Origin: Desulfobacterales bacterium
Lineage (GTDB): Bacteria; Desulfobacterota; Desulfobacteria; Desulfobacterales; UBA5852
NCBI GenBank assembly: GCA_963674755.2
Contig: CAXXVS010000003.1
Span: 1,984,001 to 2,048,000 of the forward strand
Length of the DNA: 64,000 bases
Direction of reading: 5' to 3'
In this document: in pieces, positions 1-11,151 of the stretch
Layout of the letters: each line of letters opens with the position of its first letter
Numbering within the stretch: position 1 is the first letter of the stretch
Translations under genes and position numbers: made by a program
Notes under the pieces: model-generated
Seen by the model: the letters and a program-made list of their open reading frames with translations, nothing else
What the model was told of the DNA's origin: nothing
Databases searched by the model: none

Positions 1-2
1 CC

Positions 3-80
3 GTGCTCTATCTGGTTTCCGATGCGGCCTCGTATACCACCGGGACAACCATCGTGTGTGATGGGGGGGTATTGGCCTGA
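3..80 (+). CDS. C-terminal end of a short-chain dehydrogenase/reductase (partial, window edge)
   Basis: Own translation VLYLVSDAASYTTGTTIVCDGGVLA*, a typical SDR C-terminal (..TG..I..DGG) motif. Confidence 0.8.
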   Translation: MLYLVSDAASYTTGTTIVCDGGVLA

Positions 81-177
81 ATCGGTGTTGGGGGACGTAT
101 CTTGGGTGACCAGCGTTTTCTCCTAAACGGATTTGTGGAGCAGTTGAACAAGCCATCAATATAAGAGGTGACGTCTT

Positions 178-963
178 ATGAATATGGAAGCCAAAGTCGT
201 CGTGGTGACCGGTGGGGCTGAGGGGATCGGGGCCGCGCTTTGCCGCCGGGCCGCCAGGGAAGGCGCCAAGGTGATGGTGGCCGATATCGATGCCCCGGGG
301 GCCCAAGCCCTGGCGGATGAAATCGGCGGGGCCGCTTTTAAATGCGATGTGGCCCGGGAGGCGGAGGTGATCCGGCTGGTGCAGGAGACCGAAGAAAAGC
401 TGGGGCCCATCGATTGCTTTTTTTCCAACGCCGGCATCATCGTCATGGGCGATCTGGACGTCACCAATGCCGACTGGCAGCGCATCTGGGAAATCAATGT
501 CATGGCCCATGTCTATGCGGCCCGGGCCGTGGTTCCCGGCATGCTGGCGCGCGGCGGCGGCTGGTTCGTCTGCACGGCTTCGGCGGCCGGCCTGCTTAGC
601 CAGATCGGCTCGGCCCCCTATTCCGTCACCAAGCATGCCGCTGTCGGCCTGGCGGAGAATTTGGCCATCACCTACGGTGACTTGGGCCTCAATGTGGCGG
701 TGGTCTGCCCCCAGGCCGTGCGCACCCGCATGACGGCCCAGGGCGGCGGTGTGGCCGCCGTGGACGGCATGATGGCGGCCGAACAGGTGGCCGATTGCGT
801 CATGGCGGCGTTGCAGGAGGGGCGCTTCATGGTGCTGCCCCACCCGGAGGTCAGGGACTACATGCAGCGCAAGACGTCCGACTACGATCGCTGGATTCTT
901 GGCATGCAGCGCCTCAAAGGTCGCTTTCAGGCAGCGGCGCCCCCTGCCGGCGCCGAACCGTGA
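178..963 (+). CDS. SDR family NAD(P)-dependent oxidoreductase
   Basis: TGGAEGIG Rossmann motif, NAG, YSVTK catalytic YxxxK. Confidence 0.95.
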   Translation: MNMEAKVVVVTGGAEGIGAALCRRAAREGAKVMVADIDAPGAQALADEIGGAAFKCDVAREAEVIRLVQETEEKLGPIDCFFSNAGIIVMGDLDVTNADWQRIWEINVMAHVYAARAVVPGMLARGGGWFVCTASAAGLLSQIGSAPYSVTKHAAVGLAENLAITYGDLGLNVAVVCPQAVRTRMTAQGGGVAAVDGMMAAEQVADCVMAALQEGRFMVLPHPEVRDYMQRKTSDYDRWILGMQRLKGRFQAAAPPAGAEP

Positions 964-1099
964 TCTATGATTTTCAGGCGGCTGGATATGACGAATTAGG
1001 TTGCCTGCCGGCATCCGGACCGGATACCGGCCGCGGCCATTGATCGGCGGGGGCTCACCCGTCATCGTCCCACACACCCTATCTATCCCAGGAGGTTTC

Positions 1100-1864
1100 A
1101 TGGAACCGATACTCGTGGAGAAAAACGCGCATACCGCTGTGGTCACTATCAATCACCCCCCGGCCAATACCTGGAATCTGGCCACCATGGTGGCTTTCGA
1201 GGCCTGCCTGAACGACCTGGAAACGGACAGCGAGGTGCGCGTCATCATCCTTACCGGCGCCGGTGACCGTTGCTTTTCCGCCGGTTTCGACGTCAAGGAC
1301 GCGGCCAACGGCTCCAAGATCGGGGCCCTCGGGCGGCGTTTGTGGACGCGCCTCGACCGCTTGGCCAAACCGGTGATTGCCGCCATCAACGGGTTTGCCC
1401 TGGGCGGCGGATTGGAGCTGGCCCTGTCCTGCCATTTTCGCATCATGGCGGATGCGCCCAAGATCTTCATCGGGCTTACCGAATTGAATCTGGGCATCAT
1501 CCCCGGCTGGGGCGGCACCCAACGTCTGACCCAGGTGGTGGGCAAGGCCAAGGCCCTGGATATGATCCTTTTCAGCAAGACGGTCGGCGCCCAGGAGGCC
1601 CTGGCCAGCGGGCTGGTCAATCGGGTAACGACCCCTGACAAGCTGATGGAGGAGGCCCTGGCGTTTGCCGACCAACTGGCCCAGCGCCCGCCGATTGCCG
1701 TGGGCTGCGTCCTCAAAGCCATGTCCACCGGGATCTATGAAGGCCTGGACCGCGGTCTGGCGGTGGAAAGCGAGGGCAGCCGCACCGTGCAGGCCACGGA
1801 AGACTGCCTGGAGGGTTTTACCGCTTTCCTCGAGAAGCGTCCCCCGGTCTTCAAGGGCAAATGA
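1100..1864 (+). CDS. Enoyl-CoA hydratase/isomerase
   Basis: FSAGFD, ALGGGLELA, ELNLGIIPGWGG crotonase motifs; start moved to ATG 1100 after GGAGG RBS. Confidence 0.95.
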   Translation: MEPILVEKNAHTAVVTINHPPANTWNLATMVAFEACLNDLETDSEVRVIILTGAGDRCFSAGFDVKDAANGSKIGALGRRLWTRLDRLAKPVIAAINGFALGGGLELALSCHFRIMADAPKIFIGLTELNLGIIPGWGGTQRLTQVVGKAKALDMILFSKTVGAQEALASGLVNRVTTPDKLMEEALAFADQLAQRPPIAVGCVLKAMSTGIYEGLDRGLAVESEGSRTVQATEDCLEGFTAFLEKRPPVFKGK

Positions 1865-2031
1865 GACCGCCTCGCGGTGTCTCCGGCGCCATGGGGATGC
1901 AGGTGTCGCTTTCCTGTTCTGGCCGCTCGTGATTGAAGCCCCCGGCGACTGCGGTGCCACTATGGACGGGGGCCGGCGGCCGCTATCGGGGATGTTGTTT
2001 CCGCGCCGGATGCTAAGGTCGCGGCCAAGGT

Positions 2032-2061
2032 GATCCCGATCCCGATCCCGATAGCGATTTC
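2032..2061 (+). repeat. Short hexamer tandem repeat (GATCCC)x3-GATAGC-GATTTC
   Basis: Directly visible in the intergenic sequence. Confidence 0.7.
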
Positions 2062-2116
2062 GAGGACATCGACGCATTTTTAGGCCGGCATGATTTGCCA
2101 AGGAGGTTTTCCATCG

Positions 2117-3922
2117 ATGGCATCCAAATTCGTCAGCAAACGCAACCTGCACTTTATGCTCTACGAAGTTTTCGACGTCCTTTCCCTGACGCAATACCCC
2201 TATTACCAACAGCACAACAAAAAGGCCTTCGATCTCATTATCGATGCCAGCTTGAAGATGGCCAAGCAGCTGCTCTTCCCCCTTTTAGAGGAAATGGACC
2301 GTAAACCGCCGGAGTTGGAAAACGGCCACGTGAAAGTGCACCCTGCGGTCCGCACGGTTATGGAACAGTTCGGCGACGGCGGGTGGATCGCCGCCCAGTT
2401 CGCGGAGCGCTTCGACGGCGAACAGCTGCCGTACATGATCGCCGACTGCTGCCAGTTTGTCTTCTCCGCGGCCAACTACTCGGCCGTGACCTTCCCGGGA
2501 TTGACCGCCAAGGCGGCCCACCTGATCACTTCCTTCGGCAGCCAGGCCCAGATCGACACCTATGTGCCATCCATGCTGAGCGGTCGGTGGCAGGGCACCA
2601 TGGCGCTGACCGAACCCCAGGCCGGCAGTTCGCTGGCCGACATCACCACCAGCGCCGTGCCATTGGAGGGAGACGCCTATCTGATACACGGCCGGAAAAT
2701 TTTCATTTCAGCCGGCGACCACGACGGGGTCGACAATGTGGTGCATCTGATGCTGGCCAAGATCGAAGGGGCACCGGCCGGGGTCAAGGGCATTTCCCTC
2801 TTTATCGTGCCGCAGCAACGTCCCGACGGCCGCGGCGGCTTCGTGCCCAACGATGTCACCGTCTCCCAGATTTTTCATAAGATGGGGTACAAGGGCAGCC
2901 CCATAACGGAATTGAGCATCGGTGAAAAGAACGACTGCCGGGGGTATCTGGTGGGCGAACCCCACAAAGGGCTGGCCTATATGTTCCAAATGATGAACAG
3001 CGCCCGGCTCGGGGTCGGCGCCGGCGCGGCGGCCATTTCCACGGCCGCCTATTATGCGGCCCTCGAATACGCGCAATCGCGGCCCCAGGGACGCCTCCTC
3101 ACCGAAAAGAATCCGGCCGCCCCCCAGGTGCCGCTCATCGCCCACGCCGACGTGCGGCGCATGCTGCTGTTCCAGCGCTCCTTCGTCGAAGGCGCCCATG
3201 CCCTGCTGATGCAGTGCTGCCGGTATGCCGATGAAGAGATCGTCCTGGAAGGGGAGGCCAAGGAGCGGGTCTCCCTCCTGTTGGATCTCCTGACCCCGGT
3301 GGCCAAATCCTATCCTTCCGAGACCAGCATCCTTTCTACCAGCCTCGCGATCCAGTGCCTGGGGGGCTACGGCTATTGCGACGATTTCCCGGTGGAGCAA
3401 TACTTCCGGGACACCCGCATCCATCCTATCCACGAAGGCACCACCGGCATCCAGGGGATGGATCTTTTGGGCCGCAAGGTCCGAATGCAGGATGGCAAAG
3501 CATTCGCCCTCTTTGTGGACGAAGTGCAGGGAGCGATTACCGCGGGGCGGGCCCACGATGCCACGGCGCCCTTGGCCGACACGCTCCAGCGCGCCCTCGA
3601 GGAACTGGCGCAGGTCACCGCTGCCCTGCAAGCCCGTACGGCCGACCGGGGGATTGCCGTCTATTTGTCCGACGCCACGCTTTACCTGGAGTATTTCTCC
3701 CTGGTGGCCGTGGCCTGGCAATGGCTGCGGCAGGCGATTGCCGCTGCCAAGGGCCTGGCGGGCAAGCCTTCCAAAGCGGATGTCAACTTCTACAACGGCA
3801 AGTTTTTCAGTGCGCGCTACTTTTTTCAATACGAACTTCCGAAGACCAAGGGCCTGGTGACCCGACTGCTGGATACCGATACCGTGACCCTGGACATGGA
3901 TCCGGCTTTTTTTCAGGATTAG
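2117..3922 (+). CDS. Acyl-CoA dehydrogenase (long form)
   Basis: MALTEPQAGS, KIFISAG, LGGYGY, IHEGTTGIQ motifs; AGGAGG RBS upstream of ATG 2117. Confidence 0.95.
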   Translation: MASKFVSKRNLHFMLYEVFDVLSLTQYPYYQQHNKKAFDLIIDASLKMAKQLLFPLLEEMDRKPPELENGHVKVHPAVRTVMEQFGDGGWIAAQFAERFDGEQLPYMIADCCQFVFSAANYSAVTFPGLTAKAAHLITSFGSQAQIDTYVPSMLSGRWQGTMALTEPQAGSSLADITTSAVPLEGDAYLIHGRKIFISAGDHDGVDNVVHLMLAKIEGAPAGVKGISLFIVPQQRPDGRGGFVPNDVTVSQIFHKMGYKGSPITELSIGEKNDCRGYLVGEPHKGLAYMFQMMNSARLGVGAGAAAISTAAYYAALEYAQSRPQGRLLTEKNPAAPQVPLIAHADVRRMLLFQRSFVEGAHALLMQCCRYADEEIVLEGEAKERVSLLLDLLTPVAKSYPSETSILSTSLAIQCLGGYGYCDDFPVEQYFRDTRIHPIHEGTTGIQGMDLLGRKVRMQDGKAFALFVDEVQGAITAGRAHDATAPLADTLQRALEELAQVTAALQARTADRGIAVYLSDATLYLEYFSLVAVAWQWLRQAIAAAKGLAGKPSKADVNFYNGKFFSARYFFQYELPKTKGLVTRLLDTDTVTLDMDPAFFQD

Positions 3923-4060
3923 GACCGGCCGCGAAATGGGATGGCCGGCCAGCAGCTGGCGAATGGTTTTCGACCAGCCATTGGCGGACAGGGAATCCCG
4001 CCGGTTCGTCCGGAAAACCAACGATATTGAGTGAAACCCGAACGACCACAAGGAGAGACA

Positions 4061-5269
4061 ATGTCGCAAAGAGAAGTAGTTTTTGTGGATGGTGTGAGGA
4101 CCGCATTTGGCCGCATGGGCGGCACGATCCGTGATATCGGGGCCTCGCGGCTGGCCGGCATCGGTATCCGCGGCCTGGTGGCGAAAACCAAGATTGCGGA
4201 AAAGGGGAAAGTGGACTGCGTTTTTCTGGGTAGTGCCGCCCACTGTTCGCTGGCCTTCAATCCGGCCCGCTGGGCCACCCTGGATGCCGGCCTGGGCTAT
4301 GAAACCAGCGCCTCCTATGTGGAGATGCAGTGCGGTTCGGCCATCGACGCCGCCAACCACGCGGCCTGGAAAATCATGGCCGGGGCGGCCGATGTCATCA
4401 TTGCCGGCGGGATGGAGTCCTACAGCCAGATTCCGGCCCGTTTTTCCATGTCCACGCCGCCCTATCGCCTGATTCCGCCCATGCCCCTCAATATGACCCT
4501 TTCGCCGGTGGAGGAAGAACAGATCGGCATGGGGCTGACGGCGGAAAATTTGCAGGCCATGTACGCGATCCCCCGGGAGGCATCCGATGAATTCGCTTAC
4601 CACAGCCAGATGCGGGCCAAGACAGCCTGGGAAAAGGGCTATTTCGAAGGGGAGATCGTGCCCGTGGTGATCCCGGCCACCCGCAAGACACCGGAAATCG
4701 TCTTCGACAAGGACGAACATATCCGGGCGGATACGACCCTGGAAGGACTGGCCAAATTGCGGCCGGCTTTCAAAAAAGATGGCACGGTCACGGCCGGCAA
4801 TGCCTCGGGTCGTAATGACGGCGCCGCCTTTCTGCTTATGATGAGTGCCGCTAAAGCTGAGGAGCTGGGCTATACCCCCCTGGCCCGCTGGGTGGCCGGC
4901 GCCGACTACGGGGTGGACCCCAAGATCATGGGCATCGGACCGGCCCATGCGGTGGTCAAGGCGCTCAAACAGGCCGGGCTGACCCTGGCCGACATGGACG
5001 TTATGGAGTGCAACGAGGCCTTTGCCGTGCAGAACCTGGCGGTGATTAAGGAGCTCGAAAAGCAGACCGGCACCACCGTGGACATGAACAAGTGGAACCC
5101 CCTGGGGGGGGCCATCGCTTACGGCCATCCCAACGGCGCCTCCGGCGCCCGGGTCGGCATGTTCGCCATGCGGGAGTTGATCCGGCGGGGCGGGCGCTAC
5201 GGGTTTTTCAGCTCCTGCTGCGGCGGGGGGCTGGGGGTGGCGACGATCATCGAGAATTTGCAACAATAA
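4061..5269 (+). CDS. Acetyl-CoA C-acyltransferase (thiolase)
   Basis: QCGS, NEAFA, GHPNGASG, CCGGG thiolase motifs; AGGAG RBS before ATG 4061. Confidence 0.95.
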   Translation: MSQREVVFVDGVRTAFGRMGGTIRDIGASRLAGIGIRGLVAKTKIAEKGKVDCVFLGSAAHCSLAFNPARWATLDAGLGYETSASYVEMQCGSAIDAANHAAWKIMAGAADVIIAGGMESYSQIPARFSMSTPPYRLIPPMPLNMTLSPVEEEQIGMGLTAENLQAMYAIPREASDEFAYHSQMRAKTAWEKGYFEGEIVPVVIPATRKTPEIVFDKDEHIRADTTLEGLAKLRPAFKKDGTVTAGNASGRNDGAAFLLMMSAAKAEELGYTPLARWVAGADYGVDPKIMGIGPAHAVVKALKQAGLTLADMDVMECNEAFAVQNLAVIKELEKQTGTTVDMNKWNPLGGAIAYGHPNGASGARVGMFAMRELIRRGGRYGFFSSCCGGGLGVATIIENLQQ

Positions 5270-5330
5270 GTATGAGCAGGACAGATCCAATGCATAGCGC
5301 GCCAAGAGCCTATCGATCATCAATGGGCGT

Positions 5331-5560
5331 GTTCATTTTCTTCCACGTGGAAGAAAACGAACCAATCACGCCTCGGCGTGACAGGCTTCAGACGCCCGTG
5401 TCCCGCTTGATCCTGCGCGTCGTCGACACGGCCGGAGCACGCGCAAACTCGCCCCGCTTCGAGCGGGACTCAGACCCGCCTGCGGCAAGCCTTCGGCGGA
5501 CAGGCAGGCGCCGCGTCTTTTTCGCCCGCCGACGGGATGCTCGGCGCGGGACAAAGGGAA
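5331..5560 (+). repeat. Dispersed intergenic repeat family A, copy 1
   Basis: TTCATTTTCTTCCACGTGGAAGAAAA hairpin ... CGGCGCGGGACAAAGGGAA shared with copies at 33128, 35291, 48039. Confidence 0.9.
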
Positions 5561-5660
5561 TTGGCATTAAAACCCAATTCATGATGTCGATTTGATTATG
5601 AAACCATAATGCTTCTGTTTTCAGGAGTCATTCGATTAACTATTTTGAGGAGCGAAGAAA

Positions 5661-6533
5661 ATGAATATCGACGATGTGAAAAGCATTTGCGTGGTGGGTG
5701 CCGGGAATATGGGGCACCAGATTTCGACCCTATGCGCCATTCAGGGGTTTACGACCACCTGCACCGATATCAGTGCCGAGGTGCTCGCCAAGGCGGAAGC
5801 CTTTGTGGACCAGTATCTGTCGGGCCGGGTGGCCAAGGGGCGTCTAAACGAGGAGCAGGCCAAGGCCGCCCGTGCGCGCATCCGCTTTACGTCCAACCTC
5901 GAAGAGGCGGCCGCCTCGGCCGATTACGTGATCGAAGCCGCCATCGAGGTGCTCGACATCAAACGCAAGGTCTTCACCGATCTGGATCGGATCGCCCCGG
6001 CGCATGCCATCCTGGCGACGAACAGCTCGGCCATCGTCAGCTCCCGGATCGCCGATGCCACCAAGCGCCCCGACAAGGTTGTCAACGTGCATTTCTTCAA
6101 CCCGGCCCTGGTGATGAAGCTTGTGGAAGTGGTCCAGGGACCGCACGTGTCCGATGAAACCGCTGCTATTTCGCTGGACCTGTGCAAGCGGCTCGACAAA
6201 GTGGCCGTGCACGTAAAAAAAGAGGTGGAAGGCTTTCTCCTCAACCGGATCTTCCGGGTCATCAACCAGGAAGCCAAATGGATGCTCGAGATGGGGGTGG
6301 CCTCCCACGAGGATATCGACAAGGCCTGCGTCTACGGCGCGGGGCACCCCATGGGGCCTTTCCGCCTGGAGGATCTCACCGGGATCGATCTGACCTATAC
6401 CATGTGCATGGAGCGCTTCAAGCGCACCGGCAATGAGGCCGATTATCCGTCACCCCAGACCGTGGCCCATTTCATGCGAGGGGAATATGGGCAGAAGACC
6501 GGCAAGGGCTGGTACGACTATTCGAAAAAATAG
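5661..6533 (+). CDS. 3-hydroxyacyl-CoA dehydrogenase
   Basis: GAGNMG, IEAAIE, TNSS, HFFNP, GHPMGPF motifs. Confidence 0.95.
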   Translation: MNIDDVKSICVVGAGNMGHQISTLCAIQGFTTTCTDISAEVLAKAEAFVDQYLSGRVAKGRLNEEQAKAARARIRFTSNLEEAAASADYVIEAAIEVLDIKRKVFTDLDRIAPAHAILATNSSAIVSSRIADATKRPDKVVNVHFFNPALVMKLVEVVQGPHVSDETAAISLDLCKRLDKVAVHVKKEVEGFLLNRIFRVINQEAKWMLEMGVASHEDIDKACVYGAGHPMGPFRLEDLTGIDLTYTMCMERFKRTGNEADYPSPQTVAHFMRGEYGQKTGKGWYDYSKK

Positions 6534-6612
6534 ACGGATAGCGGAGGGGGTTGCCGCAAGATGGGGTGCGTTCGTCCATCTTTCGGTATAGGCGCTTTCC
6601 TTTTTGGAGGTT

Positions 6613-6648
6613 CGGTTGCGTTTCTTTCCTGTGCAAGAAACGCAACCG
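6613..6648. repeat. 14-bp inverted repeat hairpin, possibly a divergent family A head or a terminator-like element
   Basis: CGGTTGCGTTTCTT-N8-AAGAAACGCAACCG; resembles the GGTTACGTTTCTT..GAAAAGTAACC head at 35291. Confidence 0.55.
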
Positions 6649-6810
6649 GAAGAAAAGACCCCTGTCACGTGACCCTTCGGGTTCGCCCGCGTATCGAGTT
6701 GGCGGCCGGGTGCGCCGTCACTCCGGCAAAATCGTCGCCGCGGGGCCGGATCAGGCCCCATGCTGAACGCGTTCTTGCGCAAGACCTGTCTCGGGTTGTA
6801 ATATGCCCCT

Positions 6811-7818
6811 ATGACAACCATCCACCGGATACCCTGCCCGATACCGTTCCCGTTGAAAACGGTCAACTGCTACTATATCCATGACGCCTGTCCCACCTTG
6901 ATCGACAGCGGGGTCAACACTCCGGACAGCATGGAGTGCATCGAAGCCGGCATTCGTCAGGCGGGGGGCCGCCTGCAAGCCGTCCGGCGGGTGATCGTCA
7001 CCCACGCCCACACCGATCATGTGGGACTGGCCGGCCGCCTGGCAGACACCTCGGGCGCCGAGGTGTTTATCCACCGCCGGGACTATCCCAAATTCATCGG
7101 CACCGATATGCAGCAAAGCAGGGCCCATTTCCAGCGGTTTAGACAATTTCTCGATTTTTGCGGCGTTCCTGGACCCGAAGCGCAAGCCCAGGCCGATGCC
7201 TTCCGGGCGCGGGTAATGCATCTGGTCGTTCCCCTCAAGGCGCCTCAACTGCTGTCGGGCGGCGAGACGTTCGCCTTCGATGATTTTGAACTCCAAGTGG
7301 TCCACACCCCAGGGCATAGCGCCGGATCGATTTCGCTCCTCAATGCGGTCGACGGAACGTTATTTTCAGGCGATTTCCTGCTGGAGCACATCACACCGAA
7401 TCCGGTGGCGGAATTCAGTTCGCCGGAGGGGCAAAACGGCTACGGCAGCCTTGCCCGGTTCACGTCCAGCCTTCAATGGCTGGTGGCGCAGGATGTCGTT
7501 CAGGTTCTGCCCGGCCACGGTTCCGCTTTCGCCCATGCGCGGCAAAGGGGCGTCGCACTTCTGAACCATTTTGTGCGGCGCCGTAAACAGGTCATCCGCC
7601 TGATGGCCCGCGAACAAGCCGGACTGCCCGGGGATCACGGGGTAAACCTGTTGCAGCTGGTCCGGCACATGTTCCCCGGTCTCAAAGAGATGGCGGTGTT
7701 TCTGGGGCTTTCCGAAGCCTATGCCTACCTTCAACGCCTCGAATCCGAATCCTTGATTGATGCCTGGTGCGAGCAGGGCATCGGCCGCTATCGACTGAAG
7801 CAAGAAGCCCTTCCTTAA
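6811..7818 (+). CDS. MBL-fold metallo-hydrolase
   Basis: THAHTDH, TPGHS, SGD, LPGHG metal-binding motifs. Confidence 0.93.
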   Translation: MTTIHRIPCPIPFPLKTVNCYYIHDACPTLIDSGVNTPDSMECIEAGIRQAGGRLQAVRRVIVTHAHTDHVGLAGRLADTSGAEVFIHRRDYPKFIGTDMQQSRAHFQRFRQFLDFCGVPGPEAQAQADAFRARVMHLVVPLKAPQLLSGGETFAFDDFELQVVHTPGHSAGSISLLNAVDGTLFSGDFLLEHITPNPVAEFSSPEGQNGYGSLARFTSSLQWLVAQDVVQVLPGHGSAFAHARQRGVALLNHFVRRRKQVIRLMAREQAGLPGDHGVNLLQLVRHMFPGLKEMAVFLGLSEAYAYLQRLESESLIDAWCEQGIGRYRLKQEALP

Positions 7819-7994
7819 AGTCGTACGACCGCATAACGATTTTACAGTTTAATCTCCTTAAGTTACAAAAAAGTTTCATCAACTTTAACAAATAACAGTA
7901 TTGTAATTATAGACCGGCTTCCCTCCCTATCGCCGATTCGGCATATTATTAATGATGTAAGATGGTTAGCAATATAATCGGGCATTGCGCCGAC

Positions 7995-8010
7995 TGGCAC
8001 GGATGTTGAT
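7995..8010 (+). promoter_or_regulatory. Putative sigma54 -24/-12 promoter for nifA
   Basis: TGGCAC-GGATG-TTGAT; the -12 element deviates from TTGC. Confidence 0.55.
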
Positions 8011-8122
8011 AGACTCCTTTCTTGAATCTTCCCCGGTCCTGTCGGGGCAAGCCCGGCGTTGCCGGCCATGGCGACAGGCCGAATGAACCGCAGGCGAAGA
8101 CACCTGGAAAGAAAATGCGCTA

Positions 8123-9673
8123 ATGGAACCCTCGATATTCGAACTGGAGTTAAACGTCTTATATGCCATCAGCCGAAAGATCGGGCGGGTTCTCGAACTG
8201 GATCAGACCTTGTCCGCCATTCTTGAAATTCTTTCCACCAACCTGTCCATGGAACGGGCCACCGTCACCCTCAAGGACGGCAAGACGGGCCTGTTGAGAA
8301 TCATTGCCTCCCACGGGCTGGATCCTACGGAACAAAAGCGTGGGATCTACGCTCCCGGAGAGGGGGTGACCGGCGCTATTTTCAAGACGGCCCAACCGTT
8401 CGCCGTACCGGACATCGGTCGCGAACCGTTGTTTCTGAACCGCACCCAGGCGCGCAATCTCAGCAAGAGTCACCTGGCGTTCATCGGCGTCCCCATCGTG
8501 CTGAACAACGACCCCATCGGGGTGCTGAGCGTGGATCGCCTCTTCGGGCCCGAAGTGGACTTCAAGGAGGATATCCGCTTCCTGACCATTGTCGCGACCT
8601 TGATGGCGCAATTCGTGGATCTCAATCGCGAAGTGGAGCGGCGGGAGGAGACCCTGATTACGGAGAATCGAAGCCTGCGGGCGGAGGTGTCTGCCAAGTA
8701 CAACCACTTTTTCGCCGTCGGTGTGAGCCCGGCCATGCAGCATCTGAACAAGATGATCCGCAAAGTGGCGCCCAGCCGCGCTTCGGTCCTCCTGTTGGGA
8801 GAGTCCGGCACCGGCAAAACCCTGACAGCGCGAATCATCCACGAACTGAGTCAGCGCCGTCGGAATCCCTTCACCAAGGTCAATTGCGCCTCCCTCCCGG
8901 ACAATCTGATCGAATCGGAATTGTTCGGCCATGAAAAGGGGGCTTTTACGGGAGCCACCAGCCAAAAAAAAGGACGGCTGGAAGAAGCCGACAGCGGCAC
9001 GGTCTTCCTGGATGAAATCGGGGAATTGCCCATGGCGGTGCAGGCCAAGTTGTTGCGTTTTCTTCAGGAACGTGAGTTCGAGCGCCTGGGGAGCACGCAA
9101 ACACAAAAGGTGGATGTTCGCATCATCGCCGCCACCAATGTGGATTTGAACGAGGCTGTAGCCAACGGACGATTTCGCGCCGATCTTTTCTACCGTTTGA
9201 ATGTATTCCCAATCGCCATACCGCCTTTGCGCAAGCGCAAAGCCGATTTGCCGCTGTTGATCGATTACTTCATCACGAAGACGTCACGGGAGTATGGCGA
9301 ACAGTTCACCTTTTCGGAAGAGTGCATGGAAATTCTCTCCGGTTACGACTGGCCGGGAAATGTGCGGGAACTCGAGAATCTGATCGAACGCATGGCGATT
9401 ATGGCGGAGACGCCCAGGATCGACACCAAGATGCTGCCCAGCTATCTGTTTCGGGGAAGCGAAAGCTGTGCGTTTGCCGTCTCGGAGAGTAAAGGACAGT
9501 CCCAGCTGGAGATCATGGAAAAAGAAACCCTCCTGTCTTCTCTGGCCCGCAATGATTGGATTCAACAGAAAGCCGCCCGCGAGATCGGCCTGACGCTTCG
9601 CCAGATGGGGTACCGTGTGAAGAAATACAATCTCGGGCAAATTATTCGTGAAAATAAACGTCTGCGCGCTTAG
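8123..9673 (+). CDS. nifA: NifA-type sigma54-dependent activator (GAF-AAA+-HTH)
   Basis: N-terminal GAF, GESGTGKT, ESELFGHEKGAFTGA, C-terminal HTH; directly upstream of nifH. Confidence 0.9.
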   Translation: MEPSIFELELNVLYAISRKIGRVLELDQTLSAILEILSTNLSMERATVTLKDGKTGLLRIIASHGLDPTEQKRGIYAPGEGVTGAIFKTAQPFAVPDIGREPLFLNRTQARNLSKSHLAFIGVPIVLNNDPIGVLSVDRLFGPEVDFKEDIRFLTIVATLMAQFVDLNREVERREETLITENRSLRAEVSAKYNHFFAVGVSPAMQHLNKMIRKVAPSRASVLLLGESGTGKTLTARIIHELSQRRRNPFTKVNCASLPDNLIESELFGHEKGAFTGATSQKKGRLEEADSGTVFLDEIGELPMAVQAKLLRFLQEREFERLGSTQTQKVDVRIIAATNVDLNEAVANGRFRADLFYRLNVFPIAIPPLRKRKADLPLLIDYFITKTSREYGEQFTFSEECMEILSGYDWPGNVRELENLIERMAIMAETPRIDTKMLPSYLFRGSESCAFAVSESKGQSQLEIMEKETLLSSLARNDWIQQKAAREIGLTLRQMGYRVKKYNLGQIIRENKRLRA

Positions 9674-10030
9674 CAACATAAGATTTGTTAAAATGATTTA
9701 AGCCTCGTATGCCGTGGCGTTCATGAGGGCATTTGGTCGAATCGCAAAAATTGCCGGTTCCCAGCAGCCCTTGGAATAGGGGGAAAGCACGGATTGGAAC
9801 GGGATCCCCCCTATCCCTCTTGCCTGAATAGCGTCACCCTAAGTTCTCTTCTCCTCCAAAACACCTTTCAGTTTACTCCCCTCAAACGAAAACCAATCCA
9901 AAGCCGCTTACGTGCACGGACAGCCTGTGTGGGGTACCCAGGAATTGCAGATCAAAACGGTTTTCCTTTTTTGATGGTATTCAACCGCTCCGGGGGTGAG
10001 AAAAAAAGACAGACAAGCGCTTTCCAATCG

Positions 10031-10065
10031 ACACTATTGTGGGTTGATATCTACAGGATTGTAGA
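10031..10065. promoter_or_regulatory. Two ACA-N4-TGT palindromes, candidate activator binding sites upstream of nifH
   Basis: ACACTATTGT (10031) and TCTACAGGATTGTAGA (10050), 22 bp apart, ~120 bp upstream of the sigma54 site. Confidence 0.5.
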
Positions 10066-10174
10066 TGGAGGGCAGGCCTTTAGCGAGCACCCGAAGAAGG
10101 GCACAATGTCGATGGAGAAATTTTCGGGAAGAAATTAAAGATGTTACTCGAATTTCGCAACGCCATAATCGTGG

Positions 10175-10191
10175 TTGGCACATCAGTTGCT
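10175..10191 (+). promoter_or_regulatory. Sigma54 promoter of the nifH operon
   Basis: TTGGCAC-ATCAG-TTGCT, a consensus -24/-12 match. Confidence 0.9.
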
Positions 10192-10231
10192 CTACAGGAA
10201 GAACACAGGCTGTTGGAAGCCTGCACTATAA

Positions 10232-11083
<852 letters not shown>

Positions 11084-11151
11084 GACGATCGGTGCCGGCG
11101 CGATGCAAAGGTCCTGGTAAGGAAAGCTATTTCAGCAAGGAGAAATTAAAA

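Noticed and set aside
2708..5323. 871-aa minus-strand ORF and other long antisense ORFs (e.g. 12500-13651, 15216-16859, 44091-45737, 45712-47325)
   Set aside because: Shadows of real genes on the opposite strand in GC-rich DNA; no motifs.
9680..10030. Riboswitch or ncRNA in the long nifA-nifH intergenic region
   Set aside because: Only an isolated ATAGGGGG/CCCCCTAT stem; no recognisable consensus, and it lies upstream of the sigma54 promoter.
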